A stretch of DNA of 63,704 bases, counting the filler, from Octopus bimaculoides (taxonomy: Eukaryota), in assembly GCF_001194135.2 (NCBI RefSeq). It is 3 parts of 3 records of this genome, joined end to end, with 100 filler letters (N's around TTAATTAATTAA, not from the genome) between each part and the next. Parts side by side here need not be neighbours in the genome. Positions count along the whole stretch, not along the records: positions 31,492 to 57,576 come from NC_068986.1; 2 more parts are not named here. One strand, given 5' to 3'. The notes under the pieces were generated by a model that searched no databases, was not told the origin of the DNA, and worked only from the letters and a program-made list of their open reading frames with translations. This document shows positions 34,314-48,659 of the stretch, in pieces; the first letter of the stretch is position 1, and every line of letters begins with the position of its first letter. A program made the translations under genes and the position numbers.

Positions 34314-37054
34314 CATACATGTATGTATATATATATATNNNNNNNNNNNNNNNNNNNNNNNNNNNNNNNNNNNNNNNNNNNNNNNNNNNNNNNNNNNNNN
34401 NNNNNNNNNNNNNNNNNNNNNNNNNNNNNNNNNNNNNNNNNNNNNNNNNNNNNNNNNNNNNNNNNNNNNNNNNNNNNNNNNNNNNNNNNNNNNNNNNNNN
34501 NNNNNNNNNNNNNNNNNNNNNNNNNNNNNNNNNNNNNNNNNNNNNNNNNNNNNNNNNNNNNNNNNNNNNNNNNNNNNNNNNNNNNNNNNNNNNNNNNNNN
34601 NNNNNNNNNNNNNNNNNNNNNNNNNNNNNNNNNNNNNNNNNNNNNNNNNNNNNNNNNNNNNNNNNNNNNNNNNNNNNNNNNNNNNNNNNNNNNNNNNNNN
34701 NNNNNNNNNNNNNNNNNNNNNNNNNNNNNNNNNNNNNNNNNNNNNNNNNNNNNNNNNNNNNNNNNNNNNNNNNNNNNNNNNNNNTATTTAGTCCCTCGAA
34801 GCGTGAGGCATTACTACACAGTTAATGCCCTTTATATAAATTATATATATTTATGGAAAAAAATGATGAATTTTTTTTCATTGTGAGGTTTTTTTCACGC
34901 TGACTACTTGATAAATTCTTATAAAGATTTTATCCTATATTATATTATATATATATATATATATATCTTGAAATTCCCTATTTTTATGTCACTCTGATTG
35001 TGCAACGCTGAACATTCTGTTCGTTGCAATCTTTCAAAACATACTTCGTCTCCACTCATACTATGCAATCTAGCAAATGGCATTTTACTTTTTGTATTAT
35101 GTTACTATCATTCTATCATAACTTTGCAGAAAAAAAAGGAACAGAAAAGGTCTACATTCAATAGCTCTTAAGTGTTTACGACTGTTGCACAAGGAAGAAG
35201 AATAACAAAGGAAAAATATAAATAAATACGGTAATAGAAAACTTCTAACTCAAAATATGAGAAGCACAGTCTTTTAATCCGAGCCACCATCTTGTTTATT
35301 TGAAAAAGCTCAAAATATTTACCAATGACCTAACATTCCTGCTACTTTAAATGATGTCGACCATCAAATCAACATCTGACACAAGTTTTGAATCATTATG
35401 GAGTATCTTGTCAATCTCTACTTATCAAATATTGCTCATCATACATCATAATCAAATCAATTTTGATCGGAAATTAAGATTTATAACGTATATTTTCTGA
35501 ACCTACATCTTACTGAAATATGTTTTAATCATATATATAATCATGGAGGAACAATCTTTTTTTATCTGGGAAAATTTTTCTACACTGCATATTGAAGTAA
35601 AGAATTGAAGTTTTAACGGGAGTTTATATTTTGTATTTACGATATAAACTGTCTCAACCAAATCACTTTTCATTTATATTTGATATCGTCACCAAACCCA
35701 TATCACTGGGAGTGAATATCAATATTGTATATATACATCGTATTAATCAAGCAACGCTTAGAGAAGGTTTCACTTAAACGTATATATATATATACACACA
35801 CACATAAATATTGTATTAAAATCACGTCTATCGGAGAATTGCTTTCATAACGTTCACTGTTATAATCAACTCACATAAATCTACAACTAGCATGCATAAT
35901 ATATACGGAATTCACTATGAAACATTTATCGGAGATTTTCTAACATTATTTATATTGTGTTTACCAACTCAATTCACTTTCAACAGACGTTTCAGTTTAT
36001 GATATCAATCCTTATCACCAAGTTGTATTTACTGAGGATAACATCCATAATGTACATCGCCTTCACTAAGTCACATTTACAGAAGATTTAAATGTTTGAT
36101 GTATATCTTTATAATGATTAAGTCACATTTATCAGGATAACATCCATGATATATATTGCCTTAACCTGTGCATCTTTTACTGGTTATTTGCTTACGTTGT
36201 TTATATTGTCGCAAACAAGACCTTTTTTTTAACTATTAATTTGAATTTGTAATTAAAATCTTTGTAGCAAAGTCATAGTTAACGGGGAATATAACATTAA
36301 TAACTTATATTTTTTTTTTTTGTGCCTAAATCAAGCATCTGCAATGCATATCGTTTTAACCAAACCATTTCATTAAAAAGAAAAAAAGAATCTACTTTTA
36401 GTGTCGTCTTAACGTTTAGTGTACAATTCGCAAAAGGCTCTGCTACTTTATACTTGTTATGATTTTATATTTCACTTCTTAAACATACATAAAAATTGAT
36501 ATTTCGTATTCATTCGAAATTTTTCCACGATCGAGATATCTCCACATCCTTTTTTTAAAAACATAAATACATTGTCTTTTTTCTTACTAGTCATGTGAAA
36601 TTCATTTATATATATTTGAAACCACCCGGCTAGAGTCATATATTTACGAATTTCTAGGATGGCCACCTCTTCCTCTCAGTGTCTCTGCTATTCCGGTGAT
36701 TTGATGCAGTATTTTTCGCACTAAATTCACCGTTATTTATCATTGGAGAATATATAAAAAAAGACGAAAATTTTGTTTTATAACTGCAAAAGTATGGTAA
36801 AGCCAGTTAATGTTTGTAGTTGGATAGGTCCATATTTGACTGAATTTTATTATAGTTTATTACTTAAGAAACCTTATTGCAACGAGCTTATGTAAGTATA
36901 AATATATATATAATCGAAATACTTTCAGCTCTTTGTCTCATCATCTCTCTCACCCTCATTAAGTAAACACATCGCTTCTTACTTACGCTAACCATCTCTC
37001 TGAAATAACGAAATGAAAGTGACTCTTACACTTTTTGGAAGGAATGAAATCGAA

Positions 37055-37061
37055 CGAATAA

Positions 37062-37133
<72 letters not shown>
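37055..37133. repeat. (GA)n microsatellite
   Basis: Direct reading. Confidence 0.97.
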
Positions 37134-37136
<3 letters not shown>

Positions 37137-37856
37137 GTTGAATGGTAGACAAAAGCATCAACAGGTCTGCCTACTTTCTTGCTGCCTAATTATATTTTTC
37201 ACTATATAAGGTGACGATAATGTACGTTGGCTGGTCTCAGTGTTTGAGAAAGGAACTTTTACATGGTTGCTCAATTTGCTTAAAATAGCAGTCAAATATG
37301 TCCCTCAAGTAACACCTTACCACTTAAAAGAAAGAACAAGTGGATAATGTAGTTCTCAAAATACAAACAAGACGTGATAGTCATTGTTGCAAGATCTTAT
37401 ATAGATTTTATTAATCAAAGTTGATCTGCGTCTAACAAGCGACAACAGTGACCAAGTTTGCTTACAAGTCAATTAAAAGAAGCTCACGTGTTGTTGATAG
37501 ATTTGCTAGGAGTAGTAGTAAAATTTCCTTCAAACCCTACCTTAACATCTTAAATTAAGAAAGAACACATTGGTTTGATACCTAGGTAAGCATTTAGCCT
37601 ATCAAGAGATGGGACTCTAAGCTGTAGTGAAGTAAACTAACTCAGGAGATGGAAAACTCTAACAGAACACTTGTGTGCATTCAGTTCGTTGCAAATGTTT
37701 GCTATCAGCAAAATGTATGGATGGTTCTAGACAGGCCTTCACAACTGAAGACACATTGTCTGTGTGAGTAATCTAACAATTATGATAATGGTTGCGAGAT
37801 CATTCTACATCGAATCCGACTGCAGAATCCTCTATATTTTCGTAATAAATAAATGA

Positions 37857-38055
37857 TGGCGGTGGGCTGATAGAATCGTTAGCACACCGGGCAAAATGCT
37901 TAGCGTCATTTCGTCCGTCATTACGTTCTGAGTTGAAACTCCGTTGAGGTCGACTTTGTCTTTCTCAGAGTCGATAAAATAAGTACCAGTTGAGCACTGG
38001 GGTGGATATAATCGACTTACCGTATCCCTCTTACAACTGCTGGCCTTATAAGAAA
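37857..38055 (+). mobile_element. SINE family B monomer
   Basis: ggcggtgggctgatagaatcgttagc...gaggtcgactttg...gtcgataaaataagtaccagttg. Confidence 0.87.
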
Positions 38056-40899
38056 TCCATACAAACATTAATTTCGTAAAACAATTGTTTGAATTTCATT
38101 CGACCCTCTATTCACCATTTTGTTTTTAATTATTCTAAATTCATCTTCGTGAATATTCCCACTGAATTCAATCTTCATCTTGAAATGTATTTTCTGAAAA
38201 ATTATTTTCTGACAACGTATTTTGCTTCATTACTTCCTTCAGTAGTTCAGCCAAACATCATTTATGAAATGTCTGTTCTATGTTAAAAGGTGTGAGGAAC
38301 TAACTAGTCACATTCACGAATGACTGTTCAGCTAGACACAGCTTAAAAACGACCATCACCTAATGGCCGATTGTATGTCGGGTCAAACCTGAAGACTTCC
38401 AGTTGCATTTTCTACCTGTCTCCATCACTTCTCAACCTGTCATCACTAGACTTACGAAAAAGGTGTAATGATATTGGGCCAGGAGTCTTGGTTTGCTGAA
38501 CAACTTGCACAATGTACATCATTATTGCGGGCATGATTTGTGCAGAGTAAACCATGTCCTTCAAACATTTATTGCTCTCGTGCAACAAGTGCCACAAGCA
38601 CAGTTGTTATCAAAATGCAGGATTTGCATGGAGTTATCTTATCTTATATAAGAAGCTACAGCGCCTTATCTGCCTTGGGCCCGTTGAGGGAGTTTGTAAG
38701 CGACTTTTTCCAATGACATGCTAATTAACTCATAGCGAAGACCCTGACAGGTGCCACAATTCCGGATCAGAGGAGACCTAGAAACAATAGTGGCTAAGAG
38801 GTGGTTTCACTTTCATCAAAACCCTGGAGCTCCCGAACCAGGGTCCCACTACCGGATACAGTTTGAAGTCTTACATACATTATATACTATAAGAATATCG
38901 CTTTATTCACTAGACCGGCAAGGACATCATTCAGAGCATCCAAGTTCACATAGGACCTGCTACGATAGCTCTACATCTACTGTCTCAGAAATAGCAGCAA
39001 AAGGGACACTTTACTGCTTATAAATGAAAGATTACATTTGACAATCTAGTTCTAGATATTGAAACAGTTTGTATATCTTATGACTAAAATATTTTTGACC
39101 GTAGTTCTGATTTGAAAAGGGTTGATCAGGATCAACCCTTTCTACATCAACATTGCTGCAAATGAGTTTGTTTTTTTCAAATGTATATAAAATAAAATAG
39201 TGCTGATATAAAAATTATAACAAACAAACGATGCCTGGAAACATTAAAAAAAATATTTATAAAGAATTTACTTTTTATGTATGGAAATATTTTTGTCAAA
39301 AATACTAATTGTTATTTTATTATCTAACATCATGTACCATTACTAATGATACTATAGTAGAAAATGTATTTATTTTTAAAGTATCATGACCGAAAATAAG
39401 CATAGAACCAATTATCCCCCTCCGTTACTTGCTCTGTCAATTGTTTTCTATCTCCATACAGTAGGAAATGGTAGGACCCAGTATTTTTTAAGGTATGACT
39501 CCGGTAATTAATAGGGTACTATCGAAATGTATGCGGAATTCGACCGCTTAAATTAACATCGATTTAAAGCAAGGTGAGCCATCGAATGAACCTCAGCGTG
39601 CTCGTCTGATCTGCTTGAAAGTTCCTTTCCTATTGCACTTTGCTTCTTAAGAAATAAAGTACATTATTGATTAAGGTGGTACCAGGCATGCTGTATGAAT
39701 GAAAAAGAAACAAATGGCGGAAAGAGCAGAACAGGACTTCCTTTGATCCTATTTGTGTTCGATCAGAATTAACTTGGGGCTAAAGAACAACATCTTTAAA
39801 ATGTGGAATTACTGGGACCACATCACACAGCTGTTAAACACTTCATCCACAATTATTTTGTTTAATACATACATCTTTATACAGCAAACAACAAAAGTCC
39901 CTGCATAAACATATCTAATATTAAAATGTATATATATTTTATGGAGGTCGACACGTATCAGTCGCTATTTTTTGTATTCTACCAAAATATGTTATTTTTT
40001 TTTTACCTCACGATTAACTGTGAAGACATGGAAAGAAACTAATTTATGGACCTTACAACCATGAATGTGGTATTAACGAATTCAAATATCGACATACCTA
40101 CACAAGTGTATTCCTACCTGACATTCTTTTCTCATAGCTTTCAGAAAAATGGACACCCTTTTTGAAATTTTCTACAAATGCCCTCAAGAATGGCGCTAAT
40201 TCTGATTTTATAGGAATTTGTTGTGAAAATTTTTTTCGGAGGTTGTGGAGAAGATTTCTGATAATTCTTAGGGTTTCTGATAATTCATATGATTCATATT
40301 TGTTTCCTCATAAATTTCAGAAAAGCGAGAATTTTTTTTATTGAAATTTTCTACAAATATCTTTAAGATTATGTTGATTACGATAATACCGGAATTTAAT
40401 ATATATATAAATTAAAAAAATAGTCGGCGCGCCAGGATATAATAAAGTCAGCGTAGGCACACTCGTGTAAGTATGCCCAAATATCTAATGTTCGGTGCTA
40501 ATAAAAACAAATCGTTTTATTAAACATTTTCATACAATGCATGTACCTTAAATGAGATCGCAAAACAGATGAGACAAAAATCAAAACAAATATTTGTATA
40601 AGCTTTTCCATATATTCATTGACAGAGTCTGAGATCGTATTTTTCTTTATTTATTTTGTTTTTGTCATGTTTTTTTTTATAAGTAATTGTGAAGACTGAC
40701 GTTATCTAAAAAAAAAGAAAAAAACAAATATCAAGGTACATTGACGTGCTTTATGTAAATGATGTTTTAAAAGAAAATGAAATCATAAACCAAAACAACG
40801 ATGACTTCTTTGTTATTTCTTCTAGTAATGTTTTGTTTATGAACAAGGCAATTATTATTATTATTATTTGTTATTGTTATTATTATTATTATTATTATT

Positions 40900-41316
40900 A
40901 TTGTTCTTATGCAGAAATTTTATTTTTATAACGTGCTTTCACTTCCCTACCGAGCACAGGTCTGTGTGCCTTGAGTATGTGCTGTGATGCTCTTATGGTT
41001 ACTGTATTGAAAGTGTTTTGCGTAGGATGTGTGCAGTGCCCAGTAGTGCAATTTTCTGTATGTTATATATATTTGCAAGTCCTGGTGTTTTTGTTATGTA
41101 TTTGTCTGAATATTTTTTTATTATACCTAAGGCACCTACTACGATAGGAATTGTTTCTGTTTTTAGATTCCACATTCGAGTTACCTCTATTTCCAGGTCT
41201 TTGTATTTTGAAAGTTTCTCCATTTCTTTTAGGGAAACGTTATCATCTGCTGGTATTGATACGTCAATTAGAAAGCATTTTTTTCCTTCATGATCTTTGA
41301 CAACTATATCAACTTT
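40900..41316 (-). mobile_element. 5'-truncated R4/Dong-clade non-LTR retrotransposon (restriction-like endonuclease C-terminus plus 3' UTR)
   Basis: DIVV....KKCFLIDVSIP.D.N..KEMEKLSKYKDL.IE..RMW...IPIVVGALG...IQKIALLGTAHILRK, stop at 40999; (TAA)n tracts on both sides. Confidence 0.9.
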
Positions 41317-42039
41317 ATTATTATTATTATTATTATNNNNNNNNNNNNNNNNNNNNNNNNNNNNNNNNNNNNNNNNNNNNNNNNNNNNNNNNNNNNNNNN
41401 NNNNNNNNNNNNNNNNNNNNNNNNNNNNNNNNNNNNNNNNNNNNNNNNNNNNNNNNNNNNNNNNNNNNNNNNNNNNNNNNNNNNNNNNNNNNNNNNNNNN
41501 NNNNNNNNNNNNNNNNNNNNNNNNNNNNNNNNNNNNNNNNNNNNNNNNNNNNNNNNNNNNNNNNNNNNNNNNNNNNNNNNNNNNNNNNNNNNNNNNNNNN
41601 NNNNNNNNNNNNNNNNNNNNNNNNNNNNNNNNNNNNNNNNNNNNNNNNNNNNNNNNNNNNNNNNNNNNNNNNNNNNNNNNNNNNNNNNNNNNNNNNNNNN
41701 NNNNNNNNNNNNNNNNNNNNNNNNNNNNNNNNNNNNNNNNNNNNNNNNNNNNNNNNNNNNNNNNNNNNNNNNNNNNNNNNNNNNNNNNNNNNNNNNNNNN
41801 NNNNNNNNNNNNNNNNNNNNNNNNNNNNNNNNNNNNNNNNNNNNNNNNNNNNNNNNNNNNNNNNNNNNNNNNNNNNNNNNNNNNNNNNNNNNNNNNNNNN
41901 NNNNNNNNNNNNNNNNNNNNNNNNNNNNNNNNNNNNNNNNNNNNNNNNNNNNNNNNNNNNNNNNNNNNNNNNNNNNNNNNNNNNNNNNNNNNNNNNNNNN
42001 NNNNNNNNNNNNNNNNNNNNNNNNNNNNNNNNNNNNNGT

Positions 42040-42194
42040 CATATAGGCGTAGGAGTGGCTGTGTGGTAAGTAGTTTACGTTCCGGGTTCAGTCCCACTGC
42101 GTGGCACCTTGGGCAAGTGTCTTCAACTATAGCCTCGAGCCGACCAAGGCCTTGTGAGTGGATTTGGTAGACGGAAACTGAAAGAAGCCCGTCG

Positions 42195-42248
<54 letters not shown>

Positions 42249-42462
42249 TTTGTGTGTCTGTGTTTGTACCCCCACCATCGCTTGACAACAGACGTTGGTG
42301 TTTTCACGTCCCCGTAAATTAGCGGTTCGGCAAAAAGAGATCGATTGAATAAGTACTAGGCTTACAAAGAATAAGTCCTGGGGTCGATTTGTTCGACTAA
42401 AGGTGGTGCTCCAGCATGGCCGCAGTCAAATGACTGTAACAAATAAAAGAATAAAAGAATAC
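42040..42462 (+). mobile_element. SINE family A, near full length, CpG intact
   Basis: Head ggcgtaggagtggctgtgtggtaag, core, internal (TA)(TG)n, tail ...aaataaaagaataaaaga. Confidence 0.93.
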
Positions 42463-43219
42463 CCTTGTTACAGCTCTTCTGATTGCTCCCTCCGCCGCCA
42501 TCTCATCAACTTCCCTTTTTGAACTCCTGATGTTGGTTTTTCACCTAAGATGCGCGCAGATGGGCGCTGATATGCACTTGTTGCTGACTAGTCTTCATAC
42601 CACAAAACAGCCACATATTGCTCTCTCCTCTTCCTATTACAAACATCCCGCTTCCTTCTTTTACCAGCACTCTTAAGATCTTGCTTTTCTTGTACCTAGT
42701 TTACCTAACCACATCTTCCTGTTTGTATATACAAGGACTCCCTCCCCCGAGTGTGTATGTGTGTGTACGACTATGTCTACTTAATACATATACTAGTGTG
42801 TCAAAGTCGCCTTTGTACTAATAATTATTGCTATTCCCTTAAGTTATACCCTCCTCCTCTTATATGTGTGTGTGTGTGTGTGTTTATACATGTTTGTAAA
42901 TATGTACACACAGCTGTTGTTTAGCTCCGGGTGGTTACTCCTGACCGAGTAAACTCATAAATCGTCATGATGATAGTTTATTTAATTAGTTTATCGATAA
43001 TGATATTGTCCGAGATACCCTTCTTTTAAGTCAATAGTATATGAATTAAGAGAGACTTAGCTGCTATTTTAAGCAGATCGAGCAAGCCTCCCTATAGATT
43101 CTAAACATACTTATGCATCTGTTCGAAGCGTTACACTCACCCCTTCTCTTGTTACACACGAATGTTTTCCACCAGTTTTTATTACCAACCTGAATATATT
43201 ATAGTAGGATGTATAATAA

Positions 43220-43434
43220 TTTCTACTATAGGCACAAGGCCTGAAATTCGTGCGGAGGGGGTAAGTCGATTTCATGGACCTCAGTGTTTCACCGGTACTT
43301 AATTTATCGACCCCGAAAGGATGGAAGTCAAAGTCGACCTCGGCGGAATTTGAACTCAGAGCGTAGTGACAGGCGAAATACCGCTAAGCATTTCGTCCGG
43401 TGCGCTAACGATTCTGCCAGCTCGCCGCCTTATG
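43220..43434 (-). mobile_element. SINE family B monomer
   Basis: Complete head-core-tail; 16-bp TSD gtaggat(g/a)tataataa at 43204-43219 and 43435-43450. Confidence 0.92.
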
Positions 43435-45454
43435 GTAGGATATATAATAAAATAAAATATCGATGCATTGTAAAGCAGAGTAATTTCTGTAACAGCGAAA
43501 GCATAAGGATCGAACCCGGTGTACTGCTTTTTAAAAGTTATTACAATCGTAAATAAAACGGGGTGTTTCCAACAAGAAACCGAAACTGTTGTAGGCTTAG
43601 GTCTGAGGTTTCCCAGACATGAACACAATTAAGGGTTTTCACTACTTTTCGGTACTGCAAACTAGTTTTTTTTTTCAAGTCTGGATATTTTCTAGTTTAT
43701 TAGTTTGGGAGTTCTGTGGAAATTACAATTCGATAGTTTTTAATTAAAAAATGATATTACAAGTTGTGCAAACACGTAGAGGCTCCCAGTTATTATAAAA
43801 AGGACCAAGACTTATTCGAAGTAATTGCTTAGTTATCTAAAAGAAATCTGGACAGTCCTTGATTATACGGTACCATTTACAGTTTGCATGGTAACTAAAC
43901 TTCATACCTTATATTTAAAGATCACCAAATATGAACAAACTAAGTATTTTTGTTACAAATATATCTCGACTATTCCAGAGCAAGGCTCCTTTTTACAGTG
44001 AACAAAAGCGTGAAATAAGATAGCAATTAGGTTTTATGAAAAATATGCAATGTTGAAATACGAACTTACGAAACCAATTTAACTAAGCATCAAAACAATT
44101 TCTTTTCTGAAGCAAAATTGCAAAATTAGTTCTTTTCAAGGATTTCTTTTGTTGTCGGTTTTACTAAAATTCGTAGCCTGGATCGGTTAGGAGAATTTAT
44201 AAATAAATGACTTCCTTTATCAACTGTTGCAGCTGATTTTGAATCTCATGAACAAAGTGGACGGCACTTATAAAAAATTTCATGTGCCATCATTACTGAA
44301 AGAACAAATTGAAGATTTTCTTTTTATTCCTAATGAATAGGATACATAGAGGGGACAAACAAGGACAAACAAAAACATATATGTGGTCTTCAACCTTTTA
44401 CGAGTGTTCTATCGAATGGGTGTTATGAAAGAACAAATTGAAGACATCAGTAATAGTCAGTTCTCGTTGGACGGGTCAACTTAAATAGAAATAATTCATT
44501 TTGAGTGCGAGTATTCCAACGTTCTAACAAACTTTTATGAAGATGAATTTCGTAGTATCAAAGACAACTCTACAAAAAATTTTCGAGACTGTCGTGCAAA
44601 AAATCATTGTACTGTGTACTTAGAAATATTAAAACCCTACGAAAGGTTTTTCTAAACGTTTGTCATACTTCTTAATCATTTGCAGTGCACTTTTTTTCAA
44701 AATTTGTTTCTTTAATTTGAGATTGTATAAACTGAGAATCAGTGACGCAGACTGCTAAGTTTTTGAGTGCAAAAGCATAGTTGGCGAAGTTTCCATTGAT
44801 GGAAGGAGGATTTTGGTTCAAAGCAGCAACACTTAAAAATATAATTGGTGAACCTGGAATTCTTTGATTGTTTACAGTAGGGTCCCTAAGCAATCCCAAG
44901 GTTCAAAGTAACCAATGAAACGCGAGTTAATGACTTGTAGTCTTTGAGGCGATGTCATCCCTTTTAAGACCAGACGTAGAAATTTGAAGAACAAAACATT
45001 CGCTTCTACGATTTACTCCTTGTGAAGCCATACTGAAGTACGACTTAAACAGTTACAAGAATGATAGAAAAATAGGCAAAGAAGAGAATGAAATTTTTGG
45101 AAGCATTTAAATTACAAGTTTTAAAAGAGAATACTTCTGAATATCATACTAAATTATCCACTAAATTAGGACCGACTTGCACGTAATCTTTTATTATTTA
45201 ATAACAATTTAACTCCGCTCCATGCAGTTCAATGTTTCATATGTTCGTCTGTAAATATTTATCCTGTCTCTGAGTTTTAAAATACCGTCCAGTCGCTTTC
45301 AAAATGTTTACTAATGTAATCTCGAATTGATGGATGTCTTGTGGATGGGATTTGGGTACTCTGTGGAGGCTCATCCCATATCTTTCTCTCTCTCTCTCTC
45401 TCTCTCACTCTCTCTTTCCCTAGCTAGCTAGTTAAAGGCTTGTAGTTTTAGGGA

Positions 45455-46017
45455 GGGGGCATAGTCTATTGCATTAATCTCATTACGCGTCTAGTACTTA
45501 CTTTATCGACCCCTGGAGGATGAAAGAGAAAGTCGATCTCGGTGGAATTTTATATGCTCAAATATTGATTTCAAATTTTTTGGCACAAAGTCAAATTTCG
45601 AGGGAGAAAATAAGTCGATTACGTCGACCCCCAGTATGCAACTAGTACTTATTTTATCGACCTCGAAGGATGGACTCAGCAGAATTTGAACTCAGAACAC
45701 GAAGATTGACGAAATGCTACTAAGCATTTTCCCCGGCATGCTAACGATTCTGCCAACTTATACAAATATTCTTTTCTACTCTAGGCTCAAGGCCCGAAAT
45801 ATTGCGGGAGGTGGACAGTCGATTAGATCGACCCCCAGTATGCAACTGGTACTTAATTTATCGACCCCGAAAGGATGAAAGGTAAAGTCGACCTTGGTGG
45901 AATTTGATCTCAGAACGTAAAGACAGACGAAATACCGCTAAGCGTTTCGCCCGGCGTTCTAAAGTTTCGGACCGACCAAAGTGGTTCAGGTAGACGGAAA
46001 CTGAAAGAAGCCCGTCG

Positions 46018-46058
<41 letters not shown>
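45455..46058 (-). mobile_element. Cluster of three partial family B SINEs followed by a family A fragment in opposite orientation
   Basis: Cores at about 45480-45550, 45600-45760 and 45770-45965; the last is cut at ctaaagtttc and joined to gaccgaccaaag..gtagacggaaactgaaagaagcccgtcgtata(TG)n. Confidence 0.85.
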
Positions 46059-47162
46059 NNNNNNNNNNNNNNNNNNNNNNNNNNNNNNNNNNNNNNNNNN
46101 NNNNNNNNNNNNNNNNNNNNNNNNNNNNNNNNNNNNNNNNNNNNNNNNNNNNNNNNNNNNNNNNNNNNNNNNNNNNNNNNNNNNNNNNNNNNNNNNNNNN
46201 NNNNNNNNNNNNNNNNNNNNNNNNNNNNNNNNNNNNNNNNNNNNNNNNNNNNNNNNNNNNNNNNNNNNNNNNNNNNNNNNNNNNNNNNNNNNNNNNNNNN
46301 NNNNNNNNNNNNNNNNNNNNNNNNNNNNNNNNNNNNNNNNNNNNNNNNNNNNNNNNNNNNNNNNNNNNNNNNNNNNNNNNNNNNNNNNNNNNNNNNNNNN
46401 NNNNNNNNNNNNNNNNNNNNNNNNNNNNNNNNNNNNNNNNNNNNNNNNNNNNNNNNNNNNNNNNNNNNNNNNNNNNNNNNNNNNNNNNNNNNNNNNNNNN
46501 NNNNNNNNNNNNNNNNNNNNNNNNNNNNNNNNNNNNNNNNNNNNNNNNNNNNNNNNNNNNNNNNNNNNNNNNNNNNNNNNNNNNNNNNNNNNNNNNNNNN
46601 NNNNNNNNNNNNNNNNNNNNNNNNNNNNNNNNNNNNNNNNNNNNNNNNNNNNNNNNNNNNNNNNNNNNNNNNNNNNNNNNNNNNNNNNNNNNNNNNNNNN
46701 NNNATATATATATATATATATATATATACATTACAATTTCGAGTTTGTCGCCCATAACCTTCTAGACTGGAATTGGTTTAAATACTGATTGTTCTCATTA
46801 TTAAAGCCTTGATTTTGCAAATTTCTCGCTTTACTGTGCTGGCACCGAATATTTTTTTCTTTTATTAAATCTGAATTTTCATTTTCTATTTATTACGTGT
46901 GTGTATGGCTTTATGAGTGTATTAAGTACAATATTAATAAAAGATAAACATTAACTAATTAATCATTCGGCACATTCCAGTAGATTATAAATTTATTCCG
47001 AGCAAAAATAATTGACTGTAACTTCGAAGTTTCTCCATAAATTTTCTAAGAGTCAATATACATACAGACTAACGTGTGTGTGTATATGTATGTTTATATA
47101 TAAGTGTGTGTATGTATGTTTGTGTATGTGAGTGTTTGTGTATATGTATGTATGTTTGTATG

Positions 47163-47203
<41 letters not shown>

Positions 47204-48659
47204 ATCAAGAATTATTTTCACTCATGATCAGGTACAAACGATATTTTCTTTCTGCGTGCGGTAACTTCGATGAGTTCAATAAACATTTGTGATGTGGTTA
47301 TGAAGAGAAATTTATTTATAGAATTTATTTATATGTATAGACAAGCAATATACATTCACGTAAACGCTACACTCAGTCACTCTGTCTGTCTGTCTCTATA
47401 TACACACATGCACAGGAACATATACAGTAAACACAACAAAAATAAAACTTTCCTACCGAGCACCGGCGAGGGCATTCGGTGGTTAGGTGACGTGATGGTG
47501 AAGTGACAAATGCAACGAACTGATAGTTCGATATGGTTCACAGAAATGAAATAAGAATATTTTTTTCTTATGTCAGGGAGTGTACGGAAGTGAAACGCTA
47601 ACGAAAGGTCAGGTAAGGAAGAAAGTTAGATCAGTGGTTATGGCAAATGTACCTAATTAGGGAACTCTGTGAGTATTATGGTAATGAATACAAATATTTG
47701 TTTTTCTCACGCACTACTGTAGTACATAACATTTTGGTGTCTTGACCTTTTCTGTCTGATCAGAAATATCCTGCAATGGGTGATCATATATGTTGACTTT
47801 ATGGACGAATGATTGAAAGTGGGTTGGTGAAGTGAAGTTACACACACCCGCACACACATACAGTTGTTTAGAGATGTGGGTTCGTGTCCCATAAGCAGCC
47901 TTCAACTTTTTCAGTCCAAAAGATTTTTAACCCAATATATAAACGGTTTTATTTATAGTTTTATCTCCTCAGTTCCACCAACCTAAACGAATAACTCACA
48001 CACTCAAACGCGCGCACTCATTTCTAATCGAACAACTAAAGTAACTCAAATAGCTGTAGCTAGGATTTGAACGTAGTATGCGGACTATATTCATCGGGAT
48101 TTATTTCTATCTACGCAGTATGTTTCGTTAATTCATTGCTTTTAAGGCTTTGACTTGGCCGAACCGATACTGTGCCGAATACGCTGCTGATGCTTAATCA
48201 GATGAAGGGTCGCTGACTTGGATCCATTACAACTTGGCACCTTCGTCGTCTAGGGTTGCTGTCAGAACGCAAATTGCCGGAAGAGATATCGCTAGACATC
48301 CTCACACTTCGATCTAACAATTCCTTTAAATCTACTACTCTGGATTGGACCATTTTTTTTCAACGACCTCAAACTATGACAAAATTGACTTCGGTGGGAT
48401 TTGAACTCGGCGGACAGAGATTCGGGACAAGTATCGCAAAGCAATCTACACAGTACTCTAACGACTCTCTTAATTCACCGCCTTATGGAAAAGGAAACGG
48501 TTAAGAAGCCAACAGATTATATCTTAATTCATGTTAATCATTTGTAAATGATGAAACGCTTCAACAGAATATTTACAAATGATTGAAGGTTATTCTGATG
48601 CTGCGACAAAGATTCTCCTGTGAAAGAAAAACACTGAAATAAATTATCCTGCATAGTAT

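Noticed and set aside
35690-36170. Short recurring words (aggataacatccat, taagtcacattta)
   Set aside because: Only two copies each with irregular spacing; looks like an old local duplication with no further structure.
44672-44899. 75-aa complex-looking ORF on the minus strand
   Set aside because: No recognisable motif, weak splice signals, non-ATG start.
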